Source: a virus. Taken from it: a DNA stretch of 64,000 nucleotides. The stretch lies in the IMG/VR virus record IMGVR_UViG_3300034122_002094. The stretch is one strand, 5' to 3'. This document shows, piece after piece, positions 55,392 to 64,000 of the stretch. Position 1 is the stretch's first letter. Every line of letters starts with the position of its first letter. The translations under genes were made by a program, and so were the position numbers. The notes beneath the pieces are model-generated. The model was given only the letters and a program-made list of their open reading frames with translations. It had not been told where the DNA came from and ran no database searches.

Positions 55392-56527
55392 TGCGCTACC
55401 ATTTCGTCGTGTGCTTTCACTGGGGTGAGATCAACCCTCTCCAAGCCAATCCATTGTGGTATTGCTACGATGAAGCTCGGACTCAGATGAAGAAGGACCT
55501 GGCTGACAACAATGTGGCCTGGGATGCGACAGAAGAGTGGCTGTGGCTGAGCCTGGACTCAATGCGTCAGAATGCTGAGCGGTCAGGTCTGTATGTGCCA
55601 ACCGACAACGAGTTCAGTCATCGCTACTCGTTCAGCGCAACGCCTGACATGATCTCTGGAGCCTTTGAGGCCGTGGAATACGGCAACTCCTCAGATGCTC
55701 GCGTGATCATGCTGGCTCGCTACAACACCTGGCCGTGGAACCACGCCAAGGGCTCCATGAGGGCGATCGCTGCGGCAATGGGCGCTGAGTCTTCGACCGT
55801 CGAGCAGATGATCACGTCGTTCAAGGAGACCTACTACGATGGAGGCTGGTACGACCAGCTCGTCAAGGCAGGTATCCCGACACCAGTGACGTACATCTGG
55901 CGTGATGGGCCTGCTCTGATGAACCTGTCGGCCAACTTCCAAGATGCCTGTCTCTTCTTCGAGCAGAATCGCGACTCCTGGAGCACCAACCCAGACGGCA
56001 TCCACGATCCACACTACTTCCTCAAGACCTATAAGGCTCTGAACGGCAAGTGGATGGGCGGCAAGCTCCCATACAAGGACCTGTATGAAGGCGTGATGGA
56101 GGCTCTTCGCTGGATCGATCGTGATGAGACCCTGATGATCCGGGAGTTCGTGCCCATCATGACCACCGGTGCAGCGCTCGGGCTCACCCCGCTCGATGCT
56201 GACTACATCGAGGATCCCGTTGAGTGGCGCTACATCTTCCACAACGGCAATCTGATCGCCAAGGGTCCCAATCGCAACTACCTGCCCGCAGACATTCTGC
56301 GGCGGCTCAATGAACGTACAGACGAGTTCCTGGCGCTGGCTGTCAAGGCCAATAGCGCGCTCGCCACTGACTGGAACTGCCTCGACATCGCGCTGACTGC
56401 AACAGGCATCCCGTTCGTCGTCGAGGTCAACGCTGGCATCTCCAGTGGCCTTCCGTGGAACTCTGCTCCGAACTACTACGAGAACCTGTTCGCTTCCATC
56501 ATCAAGAGAGAGGATAGCAAGCTATGA
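55391..56527 (+). CDS. ATP-grasp domain protein (R2K-like)
   Basis: FLK, LMIREFV, EWRYIFHNG, DIA...G..VVEVN.G.SSG. Confidence 0.75.
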   Translation: MRYHFVVCFHWGEINPLQANPLWYCYDEARTQMKKDLADNNVAWDATEEWLWLSLDSMRQNAERSGLYVPTDNEFSHRYSFSATPDMISGAFEAVEYGNSSDARVIMLARYNTWPWNHAKGSMRAIAAAMGAESSTVEQMITSFKETYYDGGWYDQLVKAGIPTPVTYIWRDGPALMNLSANFQDACLFFEQNRDSWSTNPDGIHDPHYFLKTYKALNGKWMGGKLPYKDLYEGVMEALRWIDRDETLMIREFVPIMTTGAALGLTPLDADYIEDPVEWRYIFHNGNLIAKGPNRNYLPADILRRLNERTDEFLALAVKANSALATDWNCLDIALTATGIPFVVEVNAGISSGLPWNSAPNYYENLFASIIKREDSKL

Positions 56528-58410
56528 CGCAGTATAACATCCCCAGCATGATCAAGACGGCCTCCGGCCTCCGAGTCGACCCCCTCAATCCTCGCAAGGA
56601 GAACGTCAAGCTCAACGACGTGCTCGCTGCGCTCGGGCGACAGATCCGCTACAACGGCCATGTGGACTACTCTGTGCGTGACCACACGCTCGTCATGTAC
56701 AAGATCTTCAAGACGTTGTACCGCGAGCCCGTCGAGTACATCCAGCAGATCCCGAAGGATGGCCAGCTCGGCCAGATCAGCACAGCCCAGGTCCTGCGTG
56801 ATCTCATGGGCATCCTGATCCTCACACACGACATGCCCGAGGCATACATCGGCGACATGGTCCAGCCGCTCAAGCAGAACATGCCCGAGTTCAAGAAGGT
56901 GGACGACCGAATCCTGCCGATCGTGATGGAAGCCATCATCCAGAACGTGATCAGCTCTATCTTCGTCAACGACGGGATGGCCGATCGGTTCACCGATATG
57001 ATGCGCGATGGCGATGCCGAGACCTGGGCGGGCGTCATCATGCGTCTGTATAGAGGTGAGGGCGCTGTCGACTTCACAAACTATCTCACTCACACCCTCA
57101 CGCTGCTCGATCGCAACATCTGCGACCATCTGGAGATGCCGTGCCTGCATGGCAACGTCGATCGCTTCGCCCAGTGTCTGATCATGGGCGGGATGGAAGA
57201 GCGTATCGCCTACGAGCGGATCCTGTACTACCAGATCGAGAACTTCGCTCAGTCAACCAAGGCGACGCTCATCGACAAGATCGCCACGGCTGGCCCGACA
57301 CAGATGCTCGACTTCGTGGCAGCTCGCCTCTCCAAGCCTGGTCGCTCCGGCCTCGCCAAGATCTCTCAGGAAAACCAGTTCCTGCACGACTTCGCCATGT
57401 TCGACAGTGAGCTGACGGAGCACGTCTTCTCGTTGCTCGATGCGATCCGGATCGCTCGCAGCTTCGATCCGTCGCTGCCCGGCTATGTGCCCGAGACCCC
57501 CAAGGAGCGTGTGATGGTCGCATCTATGGGCCTGGACATGACCTTCAAGACCCCTGGCGAGCTGGTCGAACAGGGAGTCGCCGAGCTCGACGCCAAGATC
57601 GCAGAGGGTCTGAAGACACCTTTGAGGCCGTGGTCTGAAGCCCATCCTGAGCTCCTCGCAAAGCTGGCTGCGTGGCAGGAAGAGCAGGCCCGCGAAGAAG
57701 CAGAGCTCGGTCTGGATCTTATCCCAGAGCCAGGCCTGCGCAGTGTCATGCGTGAGCTGAAGATTCCGGCCTGGTCAATCCTGAAGCAGTTTGAGAGCGC
57801 TCGCGCAGATCAGGCTTCGGCAACCACGAGCCAGGATGTTCTGGCCACCAATGCCACCGCAGCCGTCACGGCTCCGTTCTCGATCGACTTCGATGTCATC
57901 TTCGAGATGAAGGGTGGTCAGTGGGTTGGCCCGAAGAACCCCTGGGGCAACAACCCTGACGAGAAGGTGCTGCTGGATCCGGATGGCTCAGGAGAGCATC
58001 GCCCTGATGGCCTCGCTATCGGTCAGTATATCTACCATAAGCTCGACGAGGACATCAAGTTCCCGATGAAGTGGGAGGTCGTTGATGTCGGGGTGGAGAC
58101 CAGATCTGCATCTGTCTCTCTGAGTATGCTCGTGCGGGCCTCGACCAACAGTGATCGTGAGCACAAGACGGTCGCTGAGCGTGTCGCAAAGACATTCATC
58201 TATCTGCGAGAGCTGCTGCTCCAGATGGCTGAGCAGTCCCAGTTGACGGGCTCCATCTACATCGCTGTTCGCAAGACCAAGCCTCAACTCAAGCGTGGCG
58301 ATGCAATCGTGAAGCCCGAGAGCTATCAGGTCGGCTTCATGGCTGGGAATATCACCAGCCAGTGCCCGCAGCCCCCGTTCATCTTCCTCAAGACCCAGAA
58401 CTGGAAGTAA
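56524..58410 (+). CDS. HD-domain nucleotide hydrolase (YfbR-like) with long unknown C-terminal extension
   Basis: RYNGH..YSV.DH, THDMPEAYIGDM.QPLK. Confidence 0.8.
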   Translation: MTQYNIPSMIKTASGLRVDPLNPRKENVKLNDVLAALGRQIRYNGHVDYSVRDHTLVMYKIFKTLYREPVEYIQQIPKDGQLGQISTAQVLRDLMGILILTHDMPEAYIGDMVQPLKQNMPEFKKVDDRILPIVMEAIIQNVISSIFVNDGMADRFTDMMRDGDAETWAGVIMRLYRGEGAVDFTNYLTHTLTLLDRNICDHLEMPCLHGNVDRFAQCLIMGGMEERIAYERILYYQIENFAQSTKATLIDKIATAGPTQMLDFVAARLSKPGRSGLAKISQENQFLHDFAMFDSELTEHVFSLLDAIRIARSFDPSLPGYVPETPKERVMVASMGLDMTFKTPGELVEQGVAELDAKIAEGLKTPLRPWSEAHPELLAKLAAWQEEQAREEAELGLDLIPEPGLRSVMRELKIPAWSILKQFESARADQASATTSQDVLATNATAAVTAPFSIDFDVIFEMKGGQWVGPKNPWGNNPDEKVLLDPDGSGEHRPDGLAIGQYIYHKLDEDIKFPMKWEVVDVGVETRSASVSLSMLVRASTNSDREHKTVAERVAKTFIYLRELLLQMAEQSQLTGSIYIAVRKTKPQLKRGDAIVKPESYQVGFMAGNITSQCPQPPFIFLKTQNWK

Positions 58411-58419
58411 GGAGTTATC

Positions 58420-59172
58420 ATGACGAAAGCGCTCAATGCTCGTGAGCGCTTCGATCTGGACCTCGCCGACTGGCGCAAGTCCTTTTCGGAGCACAAGATC
58501 CTCATCTGCGATCCTGACGGCTACCGTGTCCGCTTCGGTGTTCCTTATAACGAAAAGCTCGGCATCGCTGGTGGCTGTTCGTCGAACCACTACTATGAGT
58601 TCTCGCTGCTCATCGGCGGGAGTCATGTGGTCTTCGTTGGCGATGGAGAGCCTGCTGTGTTCTCCAGCTTCTGTGGTGTGCCCAACGCCATGAAGAAGGA
58701 GCTGCCCGAGTGGCCCTTCGCCGAGGCGCTCAAGTGGGTCGCTCACTTTGCTGTGTCTCCCGACTACGGCGCAAGCAAGTTGGAGGTTGGTCTCAAGTCC
58801 AGCTCCTCGAATCCCTTCTCTGACTTTGAGGTCGCGCAGGAAGATGCTCTCAGGCATGTGCGCGAGGACTTCGAGCAAGAGTGGCCCGAGCTCACGGAAG
58901 AAGACAAAGAGTTTCTTGGCGCAAAAAATATCGAATGTGCCGAGAAAGAGCGCGCTGAGGCTCTGGAGAAGCTCGAAGAAGTCGAAGAGCTCATCAACGA
59001 ATCTGGTGACATGAATGAGCTCCGCGAGGTTCTGAGAGAATACGATCAGGACTCGTGGGACTGGAGCTGTGGATCTGTGATCCCCTCTGTGGTCGCGCGA
59101 TCTGCGGCAATGGCTGAGAAGATGCTGGAGCTACTGAAGGAGATCCCCTATGAAGCTGTGCGCAGTCGGTGA
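58420..59172 (+). CDS. hypothetical protein
   Basis: TAAGGAG RBS. Confidence 0.8.
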   Translation: MTKALNARERFDLDLADWRKSFSEHKILICDPDGYRVRFGVPYNEKLGIAGGCSSNHYYEFSLLIGGSHVVFVGDGEPAVFSSFCGVPNAMKKELPEWPFAEALKWVAHFAVSPDYGASKLEVGLKSSSSNPFSDFEVAQEDALRHVREDFEQEWPELTEEDKEFLGAKNIECAEKERAEALEKLEEVEELINESGDMNELREVLREYDQDSWDWSCGSVIPSVVARSAAMAEKMLELLKEIPYEAVRSR

Positions 59173-60166
59173 TGTACATGGAGACTTTGCAGGTCTCTAC
59201 GACCTGATCGAGAAGATCAGGTCTCGCAACGAGGGTATCGACACCTTCTGTGTCGTCGGAGACATGGGCATCTACCCTCGCAAGAAAGACTGGGTCTGGC
59301 GTCTCCAGGAGCTCAAAGAGATCACGGCCTGCTGGCCTGAGTCACGCTTCGAGTTCATTGATGGCAACCACGATGACCACATCGCTCTCAACACGCCTGG
59401 TTTCGTCGAGGAGCTGCTGGAGCAGACAGGCTGGCACTTCCGTCGTAGAGGCGAATACGACGCCTCTACGGGCGTGCTGTACATCGGTGGAGCCGATAGC
59501 GTGTGGTTCGACATGGCCAGCAGGCTGGTTGACATCTGCTCTGCGAACGAGCTCACCGCGCACGCGCTGCTCAGAGAGATCGATACCTGGCCAGGCAACG
59601 GCAGCATCAAGCTGGCGATGAAGCCCAGAACGACCTCATACGGCATTCAGGACTCACTGGACCTGCTCAATGCCGTCCGAGTCAAGAAGGGCCGTAACGA
59701 GATCCTCAACTGGATCCATAACGATCATTTCAAGCGCGGCGAAAAAACCTTCAAGATGCTGAGGCGTATGCTTCTGCAAGTAGAAGGAATCAAAGACTTT
59801 CGCCACTGGTCTATCGGTGAGCAGATCAGCCGAGAAGACATCGATCGAGCGCTGGCAGTGAATGGCCCAGTCAAGCTCGTCATCTCGCACACGGCGCCAC
59901 AGCAGATCGTGATGGATAAATTCACGTTGCAAAATCAGGTGGCTTCGGTGTATGAGCCTTCTCGGCACCTGCTCGCAGAGCTCTACGAGAAGGTCAAGCC
60001 GCAGAAGTGGGTCATGGGTCACTGGCACAAGTATGGCCGGATCGACGATGACACCACGCGGTTCACAGTGCTCGATACGATCAGCAATCAAATCAATCAA
60101 GCCGGTCGGCTGCTCCCAGAAGGTCTGAGGCAGTTTGGCCTGTACTTCGAGGTGTATGAGTTATGA
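59150..60166 (+). CDS. calcineurin-like metallophosphoesterase
   Basis: GDVHG, VGDMG, DGNHD, GGA.S, SHTAP, GHWH. Confidence 0.9.
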   Translation: MKLCAVGDVHGDFAGLYDLIEKIRSRNEGIDTFCVVGDMGIYPRKKDWVWRLQELKEITACWPESRFEFIDGNHDDHIALNTPGFVEELLEQTGWHFRRRGEYDASTGVLYIGGADSVWFDMASRLVDICSANELTAHALLREIDTWPGNGSIKLAMKPRTTSYGIQDSLDLLNAVRVKKGRNEILNWIHNDHFKRGEKTFKMLRRMLLQVEGIKDFRHWSIGEQISREDIDRALAVNGPVKLVISHTAPQQIVMDKFTLQNQVASVYEPSRHLLAELYEKVKPQKWVMGHWHKYGRIDDDTTRFTVLDTISNQINQAGRLLPEGLRQFGLYFEVYEL

Positions 60167-61197
60167 GCGATGAACGTCCTGGCATGAGAGTCCTGCTCCT
60201 CGTTGATGGTCCCGGTGGTGTCGGCAAGACGACCTTCTGCAAGCACCTCTACTCCAAGCTCAACGGCTTGTCAGATGAAAGAGGCCTCGGGGCTCTGGCG
60301 ACCTACTACCACTTCCCGACCGAAGGGATCCCGAAGACCTTCGATGCCATGCTGCACGATCAGGTCAAGAAGATGTCTGGCTTCGTGCAGACACACGGCG
60401 ATCGCGATCACTACTACGTCTGCGATCGATGGGCTGCGTCGACCATCGTGTACCAAGGCGTTCAGTCCAAGAAAGCCGATCCGGTCAAGATGGCACTGAA
60501 CGCCTATGAAGGCGTCTTCAGGCTGTTCGACAAGGTGATCATCATCTGCATGAATGGTTCTGATCTGGCCATCAGGAAGTCTCGTCACCTGCGCGTGATC
60601 GAAGATGTCCTCTCAAGCGCCGAGAAGACCGCCGACATCTCGCCGAACGATCTGTTCGTGAAGCTGCTCAGCCTCAGCGAGAAATCTCACATCCCGGAGG
60701 AGTATCGCAAGCTCACTTCGCGGCTGGTCACTGCGCTGGCTGAGAAGCACTGTGATCGAGCTGAGCCTGCTTTGTACGGCATGGCTCGGGTTGCGCTCGG
60801 CATTCAGCCAATCAATCTGGCGAGCAATGGGATCGTCGTCGCTGAGCTGAGCAGCATCACCCGACATTCCAAGAAGAGCGTTGTATCCTTCGCGAAGCCT
60901 GGCGGAGGGCACATCTTCATGGTGACATCCTTCCTGGAGAACCACAGCGATGTCGGCTCCATGATGGAGCTCCTTGCCGACGATGTCGTCACTATGGCGG
61001 CGCATCAAAAGCAATACAACAGCATGGTGATCAGCCGTGGCAATTTTGCGAACGAAGTCAAAGATCTCTTACCCGCTCAATTCAAGGTGGCGGACGAACC
61101 GCGCCAATCGGGGACTGTCAAAGCAGATGCGCCTGGAGTGGAATCTGCCGTCGATGGAGCTGTGGCACAAGGAGCTGATGATGCAATCCCGTTCTGA
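60163..61197 (+). CDS. P-loop kinase, thymidylate-kinase-like, with C-terminal extension
   Basis: DGPGGVGKTT, HFP, CDRWAASTIVYQG. Confidence 0.8.
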   Translation: MSDERPGMRVLLLVDGPGGVGKTTFCKHLYSKLNGLSDERGLGALATYYHFPTEGIPKTFDAMLHDQVKKMSGFVQTHGDRDHYYVCDRWAASTIVYQGVQSKKADPVKMALNAYEGVFRLFDKVIIICMNGSDLAIRKSRHLRVIEDVLSSAEKTADISPNDLFVKLLSLSEKSHIPEEYRKLTSRLVTALAEKHCDRAEPALYGMARVALGIQPINLASNGIVVAELSSITRHSKKSVVSFAKPGGGHIFMVTSFLENHSDVGSMMELLADDVVTMAAHQKQYNSMVISRGNFANEVKDLLPAQFKVADEPRQSGTVKADAPGVESAVDGAVAQGADDAIPF

Positions 61198-61975
61198 GAT
61201 CGATGCTCTCGCCGATCTGCGCAAGCAACATGTGCGTGCTCTCAAGAACAAGCTGCACCGCAGCCTCGTCGTGCGGCACAAGCAGGACATGACCTGGATC
61301 CACTGGCTCATCTTCTGGCCCTTCTGGGCCATCGTCGGGCTCTTCTCGCCCGATCGTTCCTATGCCTTCTGGAACCACTACATCACTGTCGTCGCCTTCT
61401 TCGGCACGGTCATCTATGTGCCTGACAAGTGGCTGCGCAAGCTGGTGGACCAGTGGCCCGATGATGACATTCGGAATGCAGACCACATGCCTGACTGGTG
61501 GTACACGACGCTGGTCCACGAGCAGTGTCACATCAGTCAGCGCAAAGACGATGGCGCGTTCAAGTTCATCTACCGATATGCGCTGTCGAAGCAGGAGCGC
61601 TTCAACTATGAGCTCGAAGCCTACCTCACTGACTTCTTCATCCACGGCGTCCTCGGGAGCGCCTCGCTCAATCACATCGGCTCTATCGCTGACAAGCTCA
61701 GCAAGCCGACCTACATGATGAAGCCATCTCATCTGCATCAGGATGAGTGGGAGACTGTCTGCTTCGACTTGGTTGCAAAAGCCAACGAATTTATCAGAAC
61801 AGACAAGAACTTACACGACTCCATGAAGACCCACGGAGAGGGCGTGGAAAATATCGTTGCGCCGGAATCAGTGCTACTGTATACAAGATCTGGCGAGGCG
61901 TCAGCTCACTGCCGTCTCCCCCAAAGACTTCGCAGCCACCTGCGGCTCGCGGTCGCCTTCGCCTACAAGGAGTAG
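61178..61975 (+). CDS. membrane-anchored HExxH zinc metallopeptidase-like protein
   Basis: TM helix; LVHEQCH..Q; ELEAY. Confidence 0.7.
   Translation: MMQSRSEIDALADLRKQHVRALKNKLHRSLVVRHKQDMTWIHWLIFWPFWAIVGLFSPDRSYAFWNHYITVVAFFGTVIYVPDKWLRKLVDQWPDDDIRNADHMPDWWYTTLVHEQCHISQRKDDGAFKFIYRYALSKQERFNYELEAYLTDFFIHGVLGSASLNHIGSIADKLSKPTYMMKPSHLHQDEWETVCFDLVAKANEFIRTDKNLHDSMKTHGEGVENIVAPESVLLYTRSGEASAHCRLPQRLRSHLRLAVAFAYKE
61857..61885 (+). promoter_or_regulatory. class P promoter inside a CDS, upstream of the macrodomain gene
   Basis: AAAATATCG-TTGCGC-17(CAGTG)-TATACA. Confidence 0.7.
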
Positions 61976-61976
61976 C

Positions 61977-62465
61977 ATGATCCTGGAGAGTGTGTCGGGC
62001 GACTTGTTTGTCGCTCTGAATCAGATGGTCAAAGACAAGGCGCGAGCTCACGTCGCTCACGGCTGCAACGCACAGGGTGTGATGGGCGCCGGTTTCGCCA
62101 GGCAAGTGCGGGCTGCCTGGCCTCAAGGTGCCAGAGAGTACAAGGACTGGTGTGACGCCCATCCCAATGTGCTCGGCAAACTCCATGTCTACGAGCATCA
62201 TGACGCCAAAACCGGCGAGAACGTCGTCCTGCTGAACATGATCACCCAGCTCTTCCCAGGTCGCTATGCCAAAGAAGAGCTCGTGGCGATGGCGATCGAA
62301 GAGGTCGAGCAGTTCGTGCTCGACATGAGAGAGGCTGGAAGATGGGGTGACGAAGACTTCATCATGGCCCCTCGGATCGGCTGCGGTCTCGGAGGGCTGA
62401 AGTGGCGTGATGTCTCAAAGCTCTTCGATGGCTCATGCGCCCCCTTCAAGATCTACCATATGTGA
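61977..62465 (+). CDS. macrodomain protein (Poa1p/TARG1/DarG-like ADP-ribose hydrolase)
   Basis: GDLF, AHGCNAQGVMGAGFA, PRIGCGLGGLKW. Confidence 0.9.
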   Translation: MILESVSGDLFVALNQMVKDKARAHVAHGCNAQGVMGAGFARQVRAAWPQGAREYKDWCDAHPNVLGKLHVYEHHDAKTGENVVLLNMITQLFPGRYAKEELVAMAIEEVEQFVLDMREAGRWGDEDFIMAPRIGCGLGGLKWRDVSKLFDGSCAPFKIYHM

Positions 62466-62471
62466 CCCTGT

Positions 62472-62502
62472 GGCCTCCAGAGAACGCTCTGGAGGCCTTT
62501 CT
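62472..62502 (+). terminator. intrinsic terminator
   Basis: GGCCTCCAGAG-AACG-CTCTGGAGGCC-TTTCT. Confidence 0.75.
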
Positions 62503-62551
62503 ATAACCGACATGGCTCTGTGCTCACGATTACACAAAACGAGGCTCTCCG

Positions 62552-63886
62552 ATGAATCTGGCGCCCTTTTACGGCAAATTCCGATCCCTGCTCCCCACGC
62601 TCCGAGGTGACGTCACCAACGAGCTCATCTTCCTGATCCACGAGCTGTGCGAGGCCATCGAGCAAGTCGAAGACGTCTGGCAGATCGAAGAGGAGCTCAT
62701 CCCCTCGTTGCAAGACATGCTGGCGAGCTACCCGTTTGTCTTTCAGGAGCTCAAGAATGGGTTCGCGTTTGACAGCACCACCAGCAAGAGCGAGTATGTG
62801 GGCGATGATCTGCTGTTCTCCTTTATGCTGAAGGACGACGTCAAACATCGCACTCACGTCAAGAAAGTGCTTGGCAAGAAGGATAACGCAGGGCATCGAA
62901 CACCCAGGTGTCACGAAGCGTTCAGGCTTTGGGTGCTTTATCAGATCGGATTGCCTCTCCAGATCCACTCTTTGATGATGCCGCCTGTCGAGACCTACGG
63001 GGCGACCCCTCCTGGGGTGGTCGAGTGGATGCTGGCAAAATGCCCTGCGCTTGAGTTTGGGGTCCGTTCAGTCACTGAGTGCAACGCCGTCATTGAGAAG
63101 ATGGGCCTTAACAAGGCCATGCTCAACATCTGGGTGAAGAGCGTTGATACGAGTCATAACGAATTTGTCTATCGATCGACGGCTGGGCCTGCGCCTGGCA
63201 CACTAGATCTGAGCGCTTTTCAGCGCCTGACCTACCTCAGACTTGGTGATGGCGTCCTCGGCCCTGACCTCCTGCGAGGAGAACAAGCGTCTGACGCTGC
63301 GCAGATCTTGATCAGCGCTTCAGTCAGGGCTGGTAACGAGGGTCCGCTCTTCTCAAGGATCAAGCTCGCCAACGATGGTGAAAATATCACTGTCCTGTCT
63401 GTTGAGAACCATTCCGCGACGCACATCATGCGCTCCGTGCTGCGCTCTGTTCAGTTTCATGATACGAGAAGGCCTGGAGCGGTCGCGATGGCTCCTCGAC
63501 TCACCAAGCGTCTTGAGGACTTCAGATCGGCACATACTCATCTAAAGCTGTCAAGGGTCCAGATCTTCGTAGGTGATCCCTCCTGCTTCCCGGTCAAGAA
63601 TGCTCAAGCGTTGTTCGTAGGCTTCCCCGCTTCCTCCTGCTACGACCAGAGCGCTCGAATCAAAGCGACGAACCCCGAGATCAGCAATGCTGAGCTGATC
63701 ATTGAGACGCTCACGCTCGTCGTCGAAGACCTCGGGCTTACTCAGGTCAGGACCGTTTGGACAGACGACACTCACTTCCAATGGCGAGCCTCTCATCGCA
63801 CTGGAGGTATGATGTTGCGAGGCAAAGAGTACATGGGGCAGTTCCTTGCGAATAGAGAGCTGATGAACCGCTACTGGAGGCATTGA
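62552..63886 (+). CDS. hypothetical protein
   Basis: GAGG RBS; 444-aa ORF. Confidence 0.8.
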   Translation: MNLAPFYGKFRSLLPTLRGDVTNELIFLIHELCEAIEQVEDVWQIEEELIPSLQDMLASYPFVFQELKNGFAFDSTTSKSEYVGDDLLFSFMLKDDVKHRTHVKKVLGKKDNAGHRTPRCHEAFRLWVLYQIGLPLQIHSLMMPPVETYGATPPGVVEWMLAKCPALEFGVRSVTECNAVIEKMGLNKAMLNIWVKSVDTSHNEFVYRSTAGPAPGTLDLSAFQRLTYLRLGDGVLGPDLLRGEQASDAAQILISASVRAGNEGPLFSRIKLANDGENITVLSVENHSATHIMRSVLRSVQFHDTRRPGAVAMAPRLTKRLEDFRSAHTHLKLSRVQIFVGDPSCFPVKNAQALFVGFPASSCYDQSARIKATNPEISNAELIIETLTLVVEDLGLTQVRTVWTDDTHFQWRASHRTGGMMLRGKEYMGQFLANRELMNRYWRH

Positions 63887-64000
63887 TGAGACTCGAAAAA
63901 TACTTCGCTGAGTTCAGAAGCGAGATGGCTCGCTGCAAAGGCTATCTCTCGACAGATCTGATGCAGCTCTTCAAGAATCTATCAAAAGAGGTTAAGAGGG
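63886..64000 (+). CDS. hypothetical protein (partial; N-terminus resembles 62552)
   Basis: TGATG coupling; MRLEKYFAEFRS..G vs MNLAPFYGKFRS..G. Confidence 0.6.
   Translation, partial: MRLEKYFAEFRSEMARCKGYLSTDLMQLFKNLSKEVKR

Noticed and set aside
37525-58410. 2-aminoadenine (Z-genome) pathway from the HD hydrolase plus MazG-like protein
   Set aside because: No PurZ is visible in the window, and both families are widespread in ordinary phages.
16435-58878. Long minus-strand ORFs (e.g. 16435-17493, 45744-47081, 30633-31583, 57988-58878)
   Set aside because: They are antisense shadows of + strand genes with biased codon usage; no RBS context or motifs.
60163-61197. Calling this the missing polynucleotide kinase
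   Set aside because: The DRW..S..YQG motif matches thymidylate kinases rather than Pnk; mentioned only as a testable option.
1-64000. Stop-codon reassignment
   Set aside because: The standard code gives dense, coupled, full-length genes using TGA, TAA and TAG as stops; neither tRNA is a suppressor.

Overview
The window looks like a 64-kb segment, possibly the left end, of a large, moderately GC-rich bacteriophage genome. About 100 tightly packed genes all lie on the + strand and most are small hypotheticals. No capsid, terminase, polymerase or integrase gene is recognisable. The phage assignment is an inference from gene organisation, GP88/YunG/MazG-like phage families, tRNAs and a repeated early-type promoter. 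Recognisable proteins: a Hen1 RNA 2'-O-methyltransferase coupled to a stand-alone Pnkp ligase domain, directly behind a MoxR/RavA AAA ATPase and vWA pair; two metallophosphoesterases; a SAM methyltransferase; a DEDDh exonuclease; an NPPF-type DNA methyltransferase; a lytic transglycosylase; an ATP-grasp protein; an HD hydrolase; a dTMP-kinase-like protein; an HExxH protein; and a macrodomain. Non-coding structure is rich: tRNA-Arg(TCT) and tRNA-Glu(TTC); a ~270-nt structured RNA candidate ending in a D-armless 8/5 tRNA-like fold (18578-18842); five covarying ~64-nt hairpin elements between stop codons and RBSs; 13 copies of a sigma70-like promoter with a fixed AGTG spacer box, most followed by a 5' hairpin; a second ~84-nt intergenic element; an alternating-orientation GTGTACCG array (candidate origin, 38748-39187); and a 40-bp palindrome. 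The best candidate for an undescribed system is phage-encoded 'repair and immunise' RNA repair (Hen1 plus split Pnkp, with an AAA/vWA chaperone), possibly acting with the tRNAs and the tRNA-like RNA. Many CDS starts were moved from the ORF track to RBS-supported or coupled starts. All protein calls are by motif recognition only.
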